Shown here: one piece after another, positions 8,665 through 17,320 of the stretch
Layout of the letters: each line of letters begins with the position of its first letter
Numbering within the stretch: position 1 is the stretch's first letter
Source: a virus
Reading direction: 5' to 3' (one strand)
Virus record (IMG/VR): IMGVR_UViG_3300049218_000083
Location: 133,861-166,743 of that record
DNA: 32,883 nucleotides
Position numbers and translations under genes: made by a program
Notes under the pieces: generated by a model
Told to the model about the DNA's origin: nothing
The model's database searches: none
What the model saw: the letters and a program-made list of their open reading frames with translations, nothing else

Positions 8665-9382
8665 TATCTATTTCCTCTTTCAGTAATTCGTCACACTTTC
8701 TCAAAAACCGTTCATGCTGTCCGGCAAGACGAATCTGGAAGTTATGCCAGAAAGACTCCTCGCCAGTCAGCGGATCAGCAAACGTCGTACCAAGACCATA
8801 CCGTGGCATACCGTCCGCAAGAGCCCAGCCTTGCGGAGCCTCGAGTGGAGCAGCTTCAAATTCAGCTGGCATATAGAACTTCACGGGAATACCGTGCTTT
8901 TCACATAGCCAAGTGTACTCTTCAGCCACATCAGATCTCGAAGTTTCTAGAGCCGATGGTCTACCAATCGTCAAGAAGGTTGAATCACTTATCGCCATCG
9001 CGCTAGGAGCCACGAAGACATGCTGACCATTCTGTATATGGTTGGTACGTTGGATGTTTCCAACCAACGACCCATTATACGCTTGTTCGATGTAACTATC
9101 AATGGCTCTATCGTTCAGTGGCACGGCATCGATATCCAGGAACATGATAACATCGAAGTCATACTGTTTTGGAACCTTACCCAAGAATTCTTTTCTGACG
9201 ACTGAACCGTTGAGGTGCCAGGTGCAATCCATCGAGAAACCATGCGGCATCTGTGTCAGGATCTGGAAAAACGGCACATTGCTCTTGTTGAACTTGTCGA
9301 CGACTTTACGTTGTGCCGTGATCGCTTCCTTTGGAATGTTGCTCATGTAGAATGAGAATATTCCTGCTCTTATTTTATCCAT
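8606..9382 (-). CDS. Putative GT-A fold nucleotide-diphospho-sugar transferase
   Basis: Hydrophobic strand + DxD (VIMFLDIDAVPL), SDVAEE acidic motif, late His (FWHNF); overlaps the methyltransferase gene. Confidence 0.65.
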   Translation of the reverse strand: MDKIRAGIFSFYMSNIPKEAITAQRKVVDKFNKSNVPFFQILTQMPHGFSMDCTWHLNGSVVRKEFLGKVPKQYDFDVIMFLDIDAVPLNDRAIDSYIEQAYNGSLVGNIQRTNHIQNGQHVFVAPSAMAISDSTFLTIGRPSALETSRSDVAEEYTWLCEKHGIPVKFYMPAEFEAAPLEAPQGWALADGMPRYGLGTTFADPLTGEESFWHNFQIRLAGQHERFLRKCDELLKEEIDNGKPIDVQPSSSTGTKATG

Positions 9383-10002
9383 ACGAATTTCTCTCTTCTG
9401 TCGTAGACTTTACCAAACAGTTCGCCGACTGCTTGTTTGATTGGTGGATGATGCCAGTCGTCGCCGATCAACACGCCTCCCTTTTTGAGGATGCTTGCCC
9501 AGTTTGATAGGTCATTCTTCACAGAACGATAATCATGGCCGGCATCGATATACACTGCGTCCGGATACAATCCCAACTTCGTGAAGGCGACGAAACCGTT
9601 CTGTGAGTCGATCGGGAATGGTGTGATGTAAGGATCGAGACCCTTGTGGACGTTGTTGGATAGGAACTGCTGATAGAGTGTTGGTCTGCCGTTGACGAGG
9701 TTGAGACGGTTGCCGGGATAATGTTGATCACCGACCCAATGCTCTTCACTCCCCAACCATGTATCTATACAGACAACCTCAAAGTCTTGCGCGTAGTCTA
9801 ACACGACGCTGGTCATCGCTCGCGCGGAGCCGCCCATCCAGGATCCAACTTCGACGATCAGCTTTGGATTGAAATGGGGTGACAGGAACTCTTTGAAACA
9901 AGGATGGTTACTGACAAATCCGTGGCCGTTGAATGGCATGAGTTCAAGATCCTTGTATGGATCATGATCACCAAACAACTTCTTACGAACTATTTGCGCC
10001 AC
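9370..10002 (-). CDS. Class I SAM-dependent methyltransferase (Methyltransf_24-like, probable O-methyltransferase)
   Basis: IVEVGSWMGGS, VVCIDTW, VYIDAGHDY, LKKGGVLIGDDW. Confidence 0.85.
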   Translation of the reverse strand: MAQIVRKKLFGDHDPYKDLELMPFNGHGFVSNHPCFKEFLSPHFNPKLIVEVGSWMGGSARAMTSVVLDYAQDFEVVCIDTWLGSEEHWVGDQHYPGNRLNLVNGRPTLYQQFLSNNVHKGLDPYITPFPIDSQNGFVAFTKLGLYPDAVYIDAGHDYRSVKNDLSNWASILKKGGVLIGDDWHHPPIKQAVGELFGKVYDRREKFVWIK

Positions 10003-10727
10003 GGAAATCCTTCTGGATATCGCTTTGCCATCTCCTCGTTTCCACGAATGAAGAACGAAGAACTGACCGAGATACCTGTACTGTCAGTCGTATAGTTTAC
10101 CGTGTATTTGCCAGTCCCAATACCGGGAGCTGTTGCGGCCAGTGCTTTCACTAATGCTCGATCGACTTCCATCACGTTTGGCTCTCGAGCCTTACGATAC
10201 CAAATCGGAGTGACGAACACCGCAAGGTTCCTGTGAATGAAATAGCAGTTGACATCGACAAGTCTGTCATCCTTGTGTAGGATGGTAGGATAGTCTGGGC
10301 CGAGGCTTTCACAATCATCGTTACACTCGACGCCATTAGCATCGATAACCTTGCGTAGACTCCATCCCCAACCATACTGACCGCTGGTTACAGCCGCGAT
10401 GCAACTCTTGATGTGATTAGCGTCGATGTAATTGTCATCGTCAAGGTACATGACATATTCACCTTCTGCCAGGAAGGTTGCTGCCGCATACATTCGATGA
10501 CCATTCCATCGATCAGCACCAACGATACGTGGCATCTCAATGACTTCGTGTTTGTGGAAACCTTTGATCGATGCGTTGTATCCAATCTGCTTGACTTTGG
10601 AATGTGCAGGTGGCCCATCAGCCATGATGATATGCTGAATGTCAGCGTGCGTTTGTTGCGCAACTGACGCGATGCAGCGCAGTAGTGAATCACGACCAGT
10701 TGTAGCCGTGACGACAGTGACAAGCAT
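9990..10727 (-). CDS. GT2-family glycosyltransferase
   Basis: VTVVTATTGR, SVAQQT, HIIMADG, YVMYLDDDN (DxD), EVDR catalytic region. Confidence 0.88.
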   Translation of the reverse strand: MLVTVVTATTGRDSLLRCIASVAQQTHADIQHIIMADGPPAHSKVKQIGYNASIKGFHKHEVIEMPRIVGADRWNGHRMYAAATFLAEGEYVMYLDDDNYIDANHIKSCIAAVTSGQYGWGWSLRKVIDANGVECNDDCESLGPDYPTILHKDDRLVDVNCYFIHRNLAVFVTPIWYRKAREPNVMEVDRALVKALAATAPGIGTGKYTVNYTTDSTGISVSSSFFIRGNEEMAKRYPEGFPWRK

Positions 10728-10834
10728 TACGACTTACCGCGAATCGAACGCTGGTGCGCTGCCCATCTCTTGAGACGCTTCTTAGATCCACGCTTCGCGC
10801 GACCCCTTCCTCGTCCTTTCAATCCTACACCCAT
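10727..10834 (-). CDS. 35-aa highly basic peptide
   Basis: Manual translation MGVGLKGRGRGRAKRGSKKRLKRWAAHQRSIRGKS; GGAG SD; its TAA overlaps the GT2 ATG (TAATG). Confidence 0.7.
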   Translation of the reverse strand: MGVGLKGRGRGRAKRGSKKRLKRWAAHQRSIRGKS

Positions 10835-10837
10835 GAT

Positions 10838-11071
10838 CTACTCCACCTTTGAATACACATCATCCCAGCGCATGTACGATAGCTCTGGGTCCTTGCAAAA
10901 CATCTCACCTTCGGTCACCAGGCTCGGTCCCCATCTAGCAGAAAAAGCATGGTAAGGAACATCAAGTTTATACTTGAAACCTTTCTCAGTCAACTCGGTG
11001 ACAGTGAACGCTGATTCGATATTACGTCGAACCATGAACCTGTCACCGACTTTGACATCATCGAAGATCAT
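10838..11071 (-). CDS. Hypothetical protein (77 aa, MIFDDVKVGDRF...)
   Basis: The internal ATG at 11071 gives a short overlap with the upstream gene and is preferred over the track start at 11137. Confidence 0.65.
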   Translation of the reverse strand: MIFDDVKVGDRFMVRRNIESAFTVTELTEKGFKYKLDVPYHAFSARWGPSLVTEGEMFCKDPELSYMRWDDVYSKVE

Positions 11072-11903
11072 TAGCTTTGACCACTGCCTCTCGATCAGCC
11101 TGAGTGAAGTTGACAGACGCAGCGCCGACAACACCACGAGATGCTGAGATACTTGAGCTGAGAGTGCTGTACGTCCTCAACATTGTATCCGGTGCCGCAT
11201 CATAAGTCATAGACGACTGTGCAGCGATTCCATAGCTTGCGCCAACGGTGATAGCATCCTGGTTAGCAGCCAAGAATACGAATGCCCAGTTGTAAATGTT
11301 TTTCTGATGGGTGATCATTTCGTTGATTTGTGCACGGTTGTATGTACGACTGTGCAACTCCTGACCGTCAGTCAGAATCACGAAGAAAACCTTCTCTGGA
11401 CGCTCGCTCTCAGGAAGAGCAGCAAGCTTCGCACCAGTTTCGTTGATAGCAACGCCGATAGCGTCCATCAACGGAGTACCTGTTTCGCACAGGTAGTTCT
11501 TATCGTTCAAGTCAGGGATGACGTTCACATCAGCAAAGTCATATGTCTTGGCAACGTTGTGATAACTTGGTGTCACCGTAGTGTTCCAAAGCAAGCCACC
11601 AACTGCATTCGCAGAACCGACGCCGACTGGCGGATAGTTGACTGGAACGACGCCTGGGTTACCAGGAGTTAATGGAAGTGCAGAACCGATAGCAACACCA
11701 CCAACTGCAACTGGCTTGATTGCTGGTTGTGTGTAACCAACAGATTCTTTCGCGAACTGGTAAAGTGACCATGTCAAATTACCTGGCTGAGCCTTTTGAT
11801 CTTTCAGGAACGTGTTGTAACCAGCGATGGTTTGTTCTTTCAAATGTGCCATAGAACCTGAATTGTCCAGGACGAATGTAATGTGGGAATATCCGCTCTT
11901 CAT
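11058..11903 (-). CDS. von Willebrand factor A domain protein
   Basis: MIDAS DNSGS, GTPLMDAIG, ILTDGQE, WAFVFLAANQDA; Pro/Gly/Val-rich insertion. Confidence 0.88.
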   Translation of the reverse strand: MKSGYSHITFVLDNSGSMAHLKEQTIAGYNTFLKDQKAQPGNLTWSLYQFAKESVGYTQPAIKPVAVGGVAIGSALPLTPGNPGVVPVNYPPVGVGSANAVGGLLWNTTVTPSYHNVAKTYDFADVNVIPDLNDKNYLCETGTPLMDAIGVAINETGAKLAALPESERPEKVFFVILTDGQELHSRTYNRAQINEMITHQKNIYNWAFVFLAANQDAITVGASYGIAAQSSMTYDAAPDTMLRTYSTLSSSISASRGVVGAASVNFTQADREAVVKANDLR

Positions 11904-12737
11904 TTATGCTACCTCGAAAGTTAAATTAGGATCGAAGAGTGGGTTCTCATCCGAGACCTTTGGATTGCGTGTGTAACCACGCGGATTGCACATGACCTTA
12001 CACTCACCAATGGCATAGCGGAAGTTGTCATGCGTGTGACCATGCACCCAGTTCTTGATATTTGGATGGTCAAGGATGAGTCCGCTCAGGTCACTGCTGT
12101 AAGCGTAGTTCATCGGGTCATTCCCGTATTTAGGATGAACTGAATTGAAACTCGGTGTGTGATGTGTCATGACCAAGAATTCCATGTCCGGATGCTGGTC
12201 AAGCTCGGTTAAAAGACAATTCTTGGTAATGTTGTGTTCATCCATGGAGTCCGTTGGATGATATGAAGGTGCATTGTTGTACGGCTGACTTGTACCATAC
12301 TTGATCAGGTAGAAGTCGTTCATGCCCTGGCGCGCTGCGTAAATCGCAAGCGGATCACCCTTGTTCATATCTGTCCACATCGTTGCGCCAAACAACATGG
12401 TCTTGTCTGTAAGCTTGACAGCTTCGTTGTCCAACACCGTGATGTTTGTGATTTGGCGGTCAGTCAGAAAGTCACGCAATGTCTGGATCGTATCTCCAAA
12501 CTTTCCATGGTAGTGTTCGTGATTGCCAGCAATGTAAAAGGCTTGCTTATACTTGGTTGACACCATCCTGAAGAACGCATCGCAGCGCTCTTTCAGCTTC
12601 TTAGATCCACCGTCTGTCCGATGACGTTGTAAGAACGCAGCCACAGTGATGTCACCAGATAGCAGCAACGTTTCACCACCGTCTAACTCAATCGGGCAAA
12701 ACTCCAGATGGAGATCGCTCACCAGATGTACCTTCAT
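11904..12737 (-). CDS. Calcineurin-like metallophosphoesterase
   Basis: SDLH, GD, GNHEHY, THH, HGHTH, CNPRGY motifs. Confidence 0.92.
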   Translation of the reverse strand: MKVHLVSDLHLEFCPIELDGGETLLLSGDITVAAFLQRHRTDGGSKKLKERCDAFFRMVSTKYKQAFYIAGNHEHYHGKFGDTIQTLRDFLTDRQITNITVLDNEAVKLTDKTMLFGATMWTDMNKGDPLAIYAARQGMNDFYLIKYGTSQPYNNAPSYHPTDSMDEHNITKNCLLTELDQHPDMEFLVMTHHTPSFNSVHPKYGNDPMNYAYSSDLSGLILDHPNIKNWVHGHTHDNFRYAIGECKVMCNPRGYTRNPKVSDENPLFDPNLTFEVA

Positions 12738-12942
12738 TTAGCTTCTTCCTTCGTTCTTCTATTTTGTCAATGACATCCAGCTTCTCATCCTTAGAGTATC
12801 CACTCCATTCTGAGATTTCTCTGAGCGTCCTCAAGCATCCACCACAGTAACCAGTTCGGCTATTGACGCCGCACTGATTCGTACATGGTTGAGTTGGTTC
12901 TCGCTGAACCTCTAACCACCATGCGTCGTTCATACTTCCCAC
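12688..12942 (-). CDS. DUF1289-like Cys-rich small protein
   Basis: PCxxxC...GYCxGCxRTxxEIxxW pattern. Confidence 0.75.
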   Translation of the reverse strand: MGSMNDAWWLEVQREPTQPCTNQCGVNSRTGYCGGCLRTLREISEWSGYSKDEKLDVIDKIEERRKKLNEGTSGERSPSGVLPD

Positions 12943-13412
12943 AATTGGACATTACATTCACGCGCATACTGCCGAACTTTTTCGAACGCTGGACCCCAAC
13001 GAGTCAGCTGTTCTTGGGTTGCCTTCGGTGCTACAAACCGCACGATTCCATTCTGGACCATCTGTACAAAGCATCGATCGCAAGGCATGAATGGCGTGGT
13101 ATATAGCGTGTATCCTTTCACTGGCTCACGAGAGTGTGCCAACGCATTTATCTCACCGTGAATGATACGACTATACTTCTCTTCACGGTTCGCATACAAT
13201 TCAGCCTTGTCAGGCATTCCACGTGGGAAACCGTTGAACCCAACTGAGCACACGCTGTTGTCTGGACGAACAATGACTGCGCCAACCTTGGTTGACGGAT
13301 CCTTTGATCGAGATGAAATGTACTGACACATTTCAAGATAGAAATCATCCCAAGATATTTGAGATGGTGTTCTCCACTCAGGGAGTAGAATCATCGATGT
13401 TAGTTCGTCCAC
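12930..13412 (-). CDS. cd: dCMP deaminase
   Basis: SKDPSTKVGAVIV, GFNGFPRG, HGE, PCxxC zinc motif. Confidence 0.92.
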   Translation of the reverse strand: MDELTSMILLPEWRTPSQISWDDFYLEMCQYISSRSKDPSTKVGAVIVRPDNSVCSVGFNGFPRGMPDKAELYANREEKYSRIIHGEINALAHSREPVKGYTLYTTPFMPCDRCFVQMVQNGIVRFVAPKATQEQLTRWGPAFEKVRQYARECNVQLWEV

Positions 13413-13417
13413 TAGAT

Positions 13418-13642
13418 CTACCTCAAATATTCTCGAATGTCTCTTAGCTGTTTAACTTCACGATGCCATTGACCTGGCAACCCTGGAATGCTGTGAATCA
13501 GATGATAGAAGCTGGCGCTGTTGTAGTCGTCACAACACAACTCCTCAACTATCGCCATCAAATCAATCACACCCTCGGTGCAATATGCTCGATATTCAAG
13601 AGGCAAGTTGCCGCTCGGTGTTTGTTTGATCAGGTAATACAT
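13418..13642 (-). CDS. Hypothetical protein (74 aa)
   Basis: Fills the gap on the coding strand. Confidence 0.6.
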   Translation of the reverse strand: MYYLIKQTPSGNLPLEYRAYCTEGVIDLMAIVEELCCDDYNSASFYHLIHSIPGLPGQWHREVKQLRDIREYLR

Positions 13643-14153
13643 CGCGCGACCTTCTTTGCGAGGCTAGATAATCTTCGTGATAAATGATTTCGCCAGTTTC
13701 CAAGTTTGGACAAAATCCCCAGAATGCATTGTTAATCGTCTTGCCACGCGTGAACGACGTCCACGTCTTACCTGGCTTGGGTATTTCTACCCAGTGTAAA
13801 TTTGCCGGAACTCGAACATCATGACTTTCGTCAGTCGATCTCCAGGTTGTGCAGTCCTGATAGTGCCAACTTCCTGGACCCATCCATTTCGTTCCCCATG
13901 GAGTATGCTGCCAGTATCCACCTTTCAGCACAATCGTGAAATACCAATCCCACGGATGAGTGTGAAACACTGGATCATCTGATCGTAGGAACTGATGAAG
14001 GAATGTGTTGAAAGGGATGTCCTTGCGTTCACGCTTCGTGCTGTCAGCCCAAGCAACATAGTATCTCGTGAGATACGGTTCAACGTTCTCTCGATCATAG
14101 ATCGTGTACTTACGATCATGTTTCTCAAGTTGATTCAGCAACCACTGGAACAT
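13596..14153 (-). CDS. Cupin-fold protein
   Basis: LHQFLRSD...HTHPW...TIVLKGGY...HWVE, matching the two cupin metal-binding motifs. Confidence 0.75.
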   Translation of the reverse strand: MFQWLLNQLEKHDRKYTIYDRENVEPYLTRYYVAWADSTKRERKDIPFNTFLHQFLRSDDPVFHTHPWDWYFTIVLKGGYWQHTPWGTKWMGPGSWHYQDCTTWRSTDESHDVRVPANLHWVEIPKPGKTWTSFTRGKTINNAFWGFCPNLETGEIIYHEDYLASQRRSRDVLPDQTNTERQLAS

Positions 14154-14194
14154 AGTCCACCATTACAAGAATGATCACCAATTATAAGTCTTAA

Positions 14195-15571
14195 TCAACG
14201 AAACCGTTTCAACGATTCATCGTAGAGTTCGTCATTCTTATAGTATTCTTTGAACTTGTCATCGATCTCTTTGTGTTCAGCTAACGCAACCTGGAACTTG
14301 CTGAACCATTTGAACAACTCATCGTCTGACAGCTTTTTCAGCTCAGCATGAATGTTCATGTAGTGTTTCTTAACAGCAAGAGCGATATTAACAGGCTGGT
14401 GTATCGACTCCACAAGCTGCTCTTTCATATCATGTGGAGCGTATTGTGCAATTGGCAAATCACCCGCCATGGTAATCTTCTGAAGTCTGCCATGGTCAGC
14501 GCAGTTGAAGATCTCAATCAGTTTGTTGGTTTTACCAAAGGTCGTGGTCGTGCTAAGGTAAGACAAAGTCGCTGGTGGGTTTGGTTTCGTAAACGTGTAA
14601 TGGTACTGGTCGCTGAAAATCAGAATCAAAACGACGAATGAACCAGTGTGCTGCATGACTTCCCATGTTCTGCCAGTACTGGAGACGTCAATGTAGATAG
14701 CATTCTCAGGTGCTTGGCTTTTCAGATACGCAGCTGCCTCTTTTGGCTGACTCAAGGCTACTTCTCGTGAGAACGGAAGGTAGTATGAATCCACATCATA
14801 AAACGTGTTGTAGATCTTATACAGAAGCTGACAGTCGCGCCCAAGGAACACAGGTCGACGCACATTCTTCAGTTTACGATAGATCATCTCAGAGGCGAAA
14901 AACAACCATGGCAGGTTCAGCTGGTTGGCGAGATCAAACACGTCGGTATGAGAATCCATCCTATCGCGGCGAAATCGAACCTCACGAACGAGCTCGGCAA
15001 GCAATGGAGCCTTGACAATGTTCATGATATCATGCTCAATGCTAGTCAACTGAGGACGACGGTAATGAACTCCGTTTATACCATGCTGCTGGGCTTGTGT
15101 GACGTCGCTTTGTAGGTTATCGCCCAGATGTAACTCAGGTTTGAATACACCGCTCACGCTCCTCCAAAACGAGCCTGTATGCTTACCATTGTTAGACTGA
15201 TAAACGGTGACTTGTTTATCCATGCCTACAGAGCGAACGAGTTTGAGAATATCTGCAGCTGACAAATACATGTCAGAAATCAACGCGTCACCATGACGGA
15301 CCTCGTTGATATTAGTTTGGATCGGGATGGCATTCTCTTGTTCGTAAGCGACTTCGAGACTACAAAGCGCATCAGCCATCACTGGATCGATGACCTGAAG
15401 GTTGACGAGGTGTTGATAGATGTTACGAAGTGACACACCGCGTGCGTTTGCATTCTTACGGTGGAAGAAGAAGTTTGGAATCTCAAGGTCGGCATCCATC
15501 TGCCGCCAGATTGCTTCACCATCGATACACCGTCTTGTGATGAGTGTATCGAATACATCAAATGATCTCAT
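14195..15571 (-). CDS. HAD phosphatase + PRTase-like two-domain protein; putative PRPP-dependent ribofuranosyltransferase
   Basis: N-half HAD motifs SFDVFDTL, ISDMYL, K(HTG), HLGDN..SD. C-half FLGRD..LL, YL..SRE, YIDVSSTGRT (PRPP-loop-like). Confidence 0.65.
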   Translation of the reverse strand: MRSFDVFDTLITRRCIDGEAIWRQMDADLEIPNFFFHRKNANARGVSLRNIYQHLVNLQVIDPVMADALCSLEVAYEQENAIPIQTNINEVRHGDALISDMYLSAADILKLVRSVGMDKQVTVYQSNNGKHTGSFWRSVSGVFKPELHLGDNLQSDVTQAQQHGINGVHYRRPQLTSIEHDIMNIVKAPLLAELVREVRFRRDRMDSHTDVFDLANQLNLPWLFFASEMIYRKLKNVRRPVFLGRDCQLLYKIYNTFYDVDSYYLPFSREVALSQPKEAAAYLKSQAPENAIYIDVSSTGRTWEVMQHTGSFVVLILIFSDQYHYTFTKPNPPATLSYLSTTTTFGKTNKLIEIFNCADHGRLQKITMAGDLPIAQYAPHDMKEQLVESIHQPVNIALAVKKHYMNIHAELKKLSDDELFKWFSKFQVALAEHKEIDDKFKEYYKNDELYDESLKRFR

Positions 15572-15574
15572 GAT

Positions 15575-15841
15575 TTATGGTAGCCTGTAATGTTCCTTTA
15601 CAGCGTTTGGTGCATACTCTTCTACATTGCCTTCGAAGAATTTGTCGAGAACAGCCTTGGCTTGTTCAACAGTTATGCCACATGATTCCGCGTAGCATTT
15701 GAGATGGAAGTCATCACGCTGATCCCTTTCAAGGCGACGAAGATCACCCTTGATCATTGAAAGTGGGTGAATGTGCGGATCATAGTCACCATCAAGTTGG
15801 TTCCGTTTGACAACGCGATCGTATGTCATTGGGTATCCCAT
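15575..15841 (-). CDS. Hypothetical protein (88 aa)
   Basis: TAATG coupling to regA. Confidence 0.7.
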   Translation of the reverse strand: MGYPMTYDRVVKRNQLDGDYDPHIHPLSMIKGDLRRLERDQRDDFHLKCYAESCGITVEQAKAVLDKFFEGNVEEYAPNAVKEHYRLP

Positions 15842-16245
15842 TAGATTTTCTTCTTGGTTCCGATGCTGTACTTGGCGACAAGTTGCCAGTCAGCCTTGTC
15901 CTTGAATGAGATGATCTTTATTTGTGAAAGAGGCGCAACCGCTGTATCAGGGATCTCAGGAAGAATCTTAATCAGTTCCCACTGCTGGAGCAGTTTTGCG
16001 ATGGTGTTACGACGTTGGTAGTCGTTCTCTGTAATTGTCGATGGTTTGCCGTCGAGAGCAAATAGTTCCTTAAAATGAACAATTGCGTATCGACCTTGCT
16101 TATGAAGAATGTGGGCAGATTGGTAGAGAACATTTTCGTTCTTGGCAGCGACACCGATTCGGGTCAACGATTCTCTTACGATGTTAAAGCTGTCTGGCTT
16201 CGTCAGCGTGACTTCCAGTCCTACACCTTTGAATATGTCAGTCAT
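15841..16245 (-). CDS. regA: RegA translational repressor
   Basis: VRESLTRIGVA, LYQSAHILHKQGRYAIVHFKELF, RRNTIA, KYSIG. Confidence 0.97.
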   Translation of the reverse strand: MTDIFKGVGLEVTLTKPDSFNIVRESLTRIGVAAKNENVLYQSAHILHKQGRYAIVHFKELFALDGKPSTITENDYQRRNTIAKLLQQWELIKILPEIPDTAVAPLSQIKIISFKDKADWQLVAKYSIGTKKKI

Positions 16246-16287
16246 TTCAATTTCTCAACGTTTGGTCATGATCCGATCTTCTCCTGA

Positions 16288-16294
16288 TATTTAG
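16288..16294 (-). promoter_or_regulatory. Putative late promoter CTAAATA upstream of regA
   Basis: Same heptamer as 2564-2570, at a gene boundary. Confidence 0.45.
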
Positions 16295-16507
16295 AGAAGC
16301 TCGTTTCGGTCATGAAACATCAAGTTGATATCACTGGAAGCAACAAGCACATAATCTAGATCACGCATGTAATCGATCATCTGTGCTGTACGACCAGGCT
16401 TCATAGTTCTGCGCATAGCTGCGGTGCAACCATGCTGGAATCGTTGGATTTGAGAGTGCGTTCTCATCCACTTCACAATAGACAAATGGATTTGGTATGC
16501 GCTTCAT
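16291..16507 (-). other. Small ORF(s) of uncertain frame between gp62 and regA
   Basis: A 48-aa ORF at 16361-16507 is ATGA-coupled to gp62; an overlapping frame stays open to 16291. Confidence 0.4.
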
Positions 16508-16887
16508 TGACCGATCGTCAAAACTGTGCGGATGTGTTCCAACTCTGACTCTTGGAGTACACTCAGAGCCATTCTTGCTTTCTGATCACTGTATCCGAAA
16601 TACTCTTTGACCAACTCGAGATCTTCAGGCTTGACAGGCTTGATCCAGGATGCATAACCACGCTTCTTCTTACGCAACGAGTGGAAGAAGAAATTGTACT
16701 GCGCAACCTCAGGAAGCACATGATAAATGTTCATCTCAGCCGCATAGAAAATGCTGTCATCGTGATACGACAACATCTTGTTGACTACAAATGGCTTGTA
16801 CTCCTTCTCATATTCCTCGAAGCAATGCTTCTTGGTCAGCTGAAGAGAAGGCAGGACGACTTTGAATAGATCACTCATCTTCAGCAT
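16504..16887 (-). CDS. 62: Clamp loader small subunit (T4 gp62-like)
   Basis: YKPFVVNKMLS, AAEMN, QYNFF, KEYFGYS..KA; synteny 45-44-62-regA. Confidence 0.93.
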   Translation of the reverse strand: MLKMSDLFKVVLPSLQLTKKHCFEEYEKEYKPFVVNKMLSYHDDSIFYAAEMNIYHVLPEVAQYNFFFHSLRKKKRGYASWIKPVKPEDLELVKEYFGYSDQKARMALSVLQESELEHIRTVLTIGQ

Positions 16888-17320
16888 CCAATAAATGTGG
16901 AAACATTATTGTATAGCGTTTGATGTTGTTATTCCAGTTCGTCAAACATTTTCTGATGTGTGGAATGTCATCACCCATGAAACCCAACGCTCGGTTGCAA
17001 CTATCGTGCAACCAACTCCTAAACTTGTTGGTCTTGTGATTATGGTCCATCGACAAAACATCAACATCCGTTGGTGGCTTGCCACAGTAATCACAAACTT
17101 CAGGCATTGGTGGCGCGGTTCGACGTATTTCTTTTCGAACTTTTCCTGCTATGCTACAACATGACTTGCAAATACTGTTTCGACCGTCGTGACTGTTCTT
17201 ATGCTTGTGGAATCCATTGTACGCAATGTAATTTCCACATTCCCTGCAGTGTTTCCCTGGTGGGAGATCTCCTTCTAGCTCTAGCGGTAGACTAGACCCT
17301 TCATACAAATCGTTTCCCAT
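16871..17320 (-). mobile_element. Free-standing Endonuclease VII-family (HNH) homing endonuclease
   Basis: N-terminal CxxC...CxxC finger; CDYCG, MDHNH.T.KFR.WL...CNRALG; AT-rich; inserted between 44 and 62. Confidence 0.85.
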
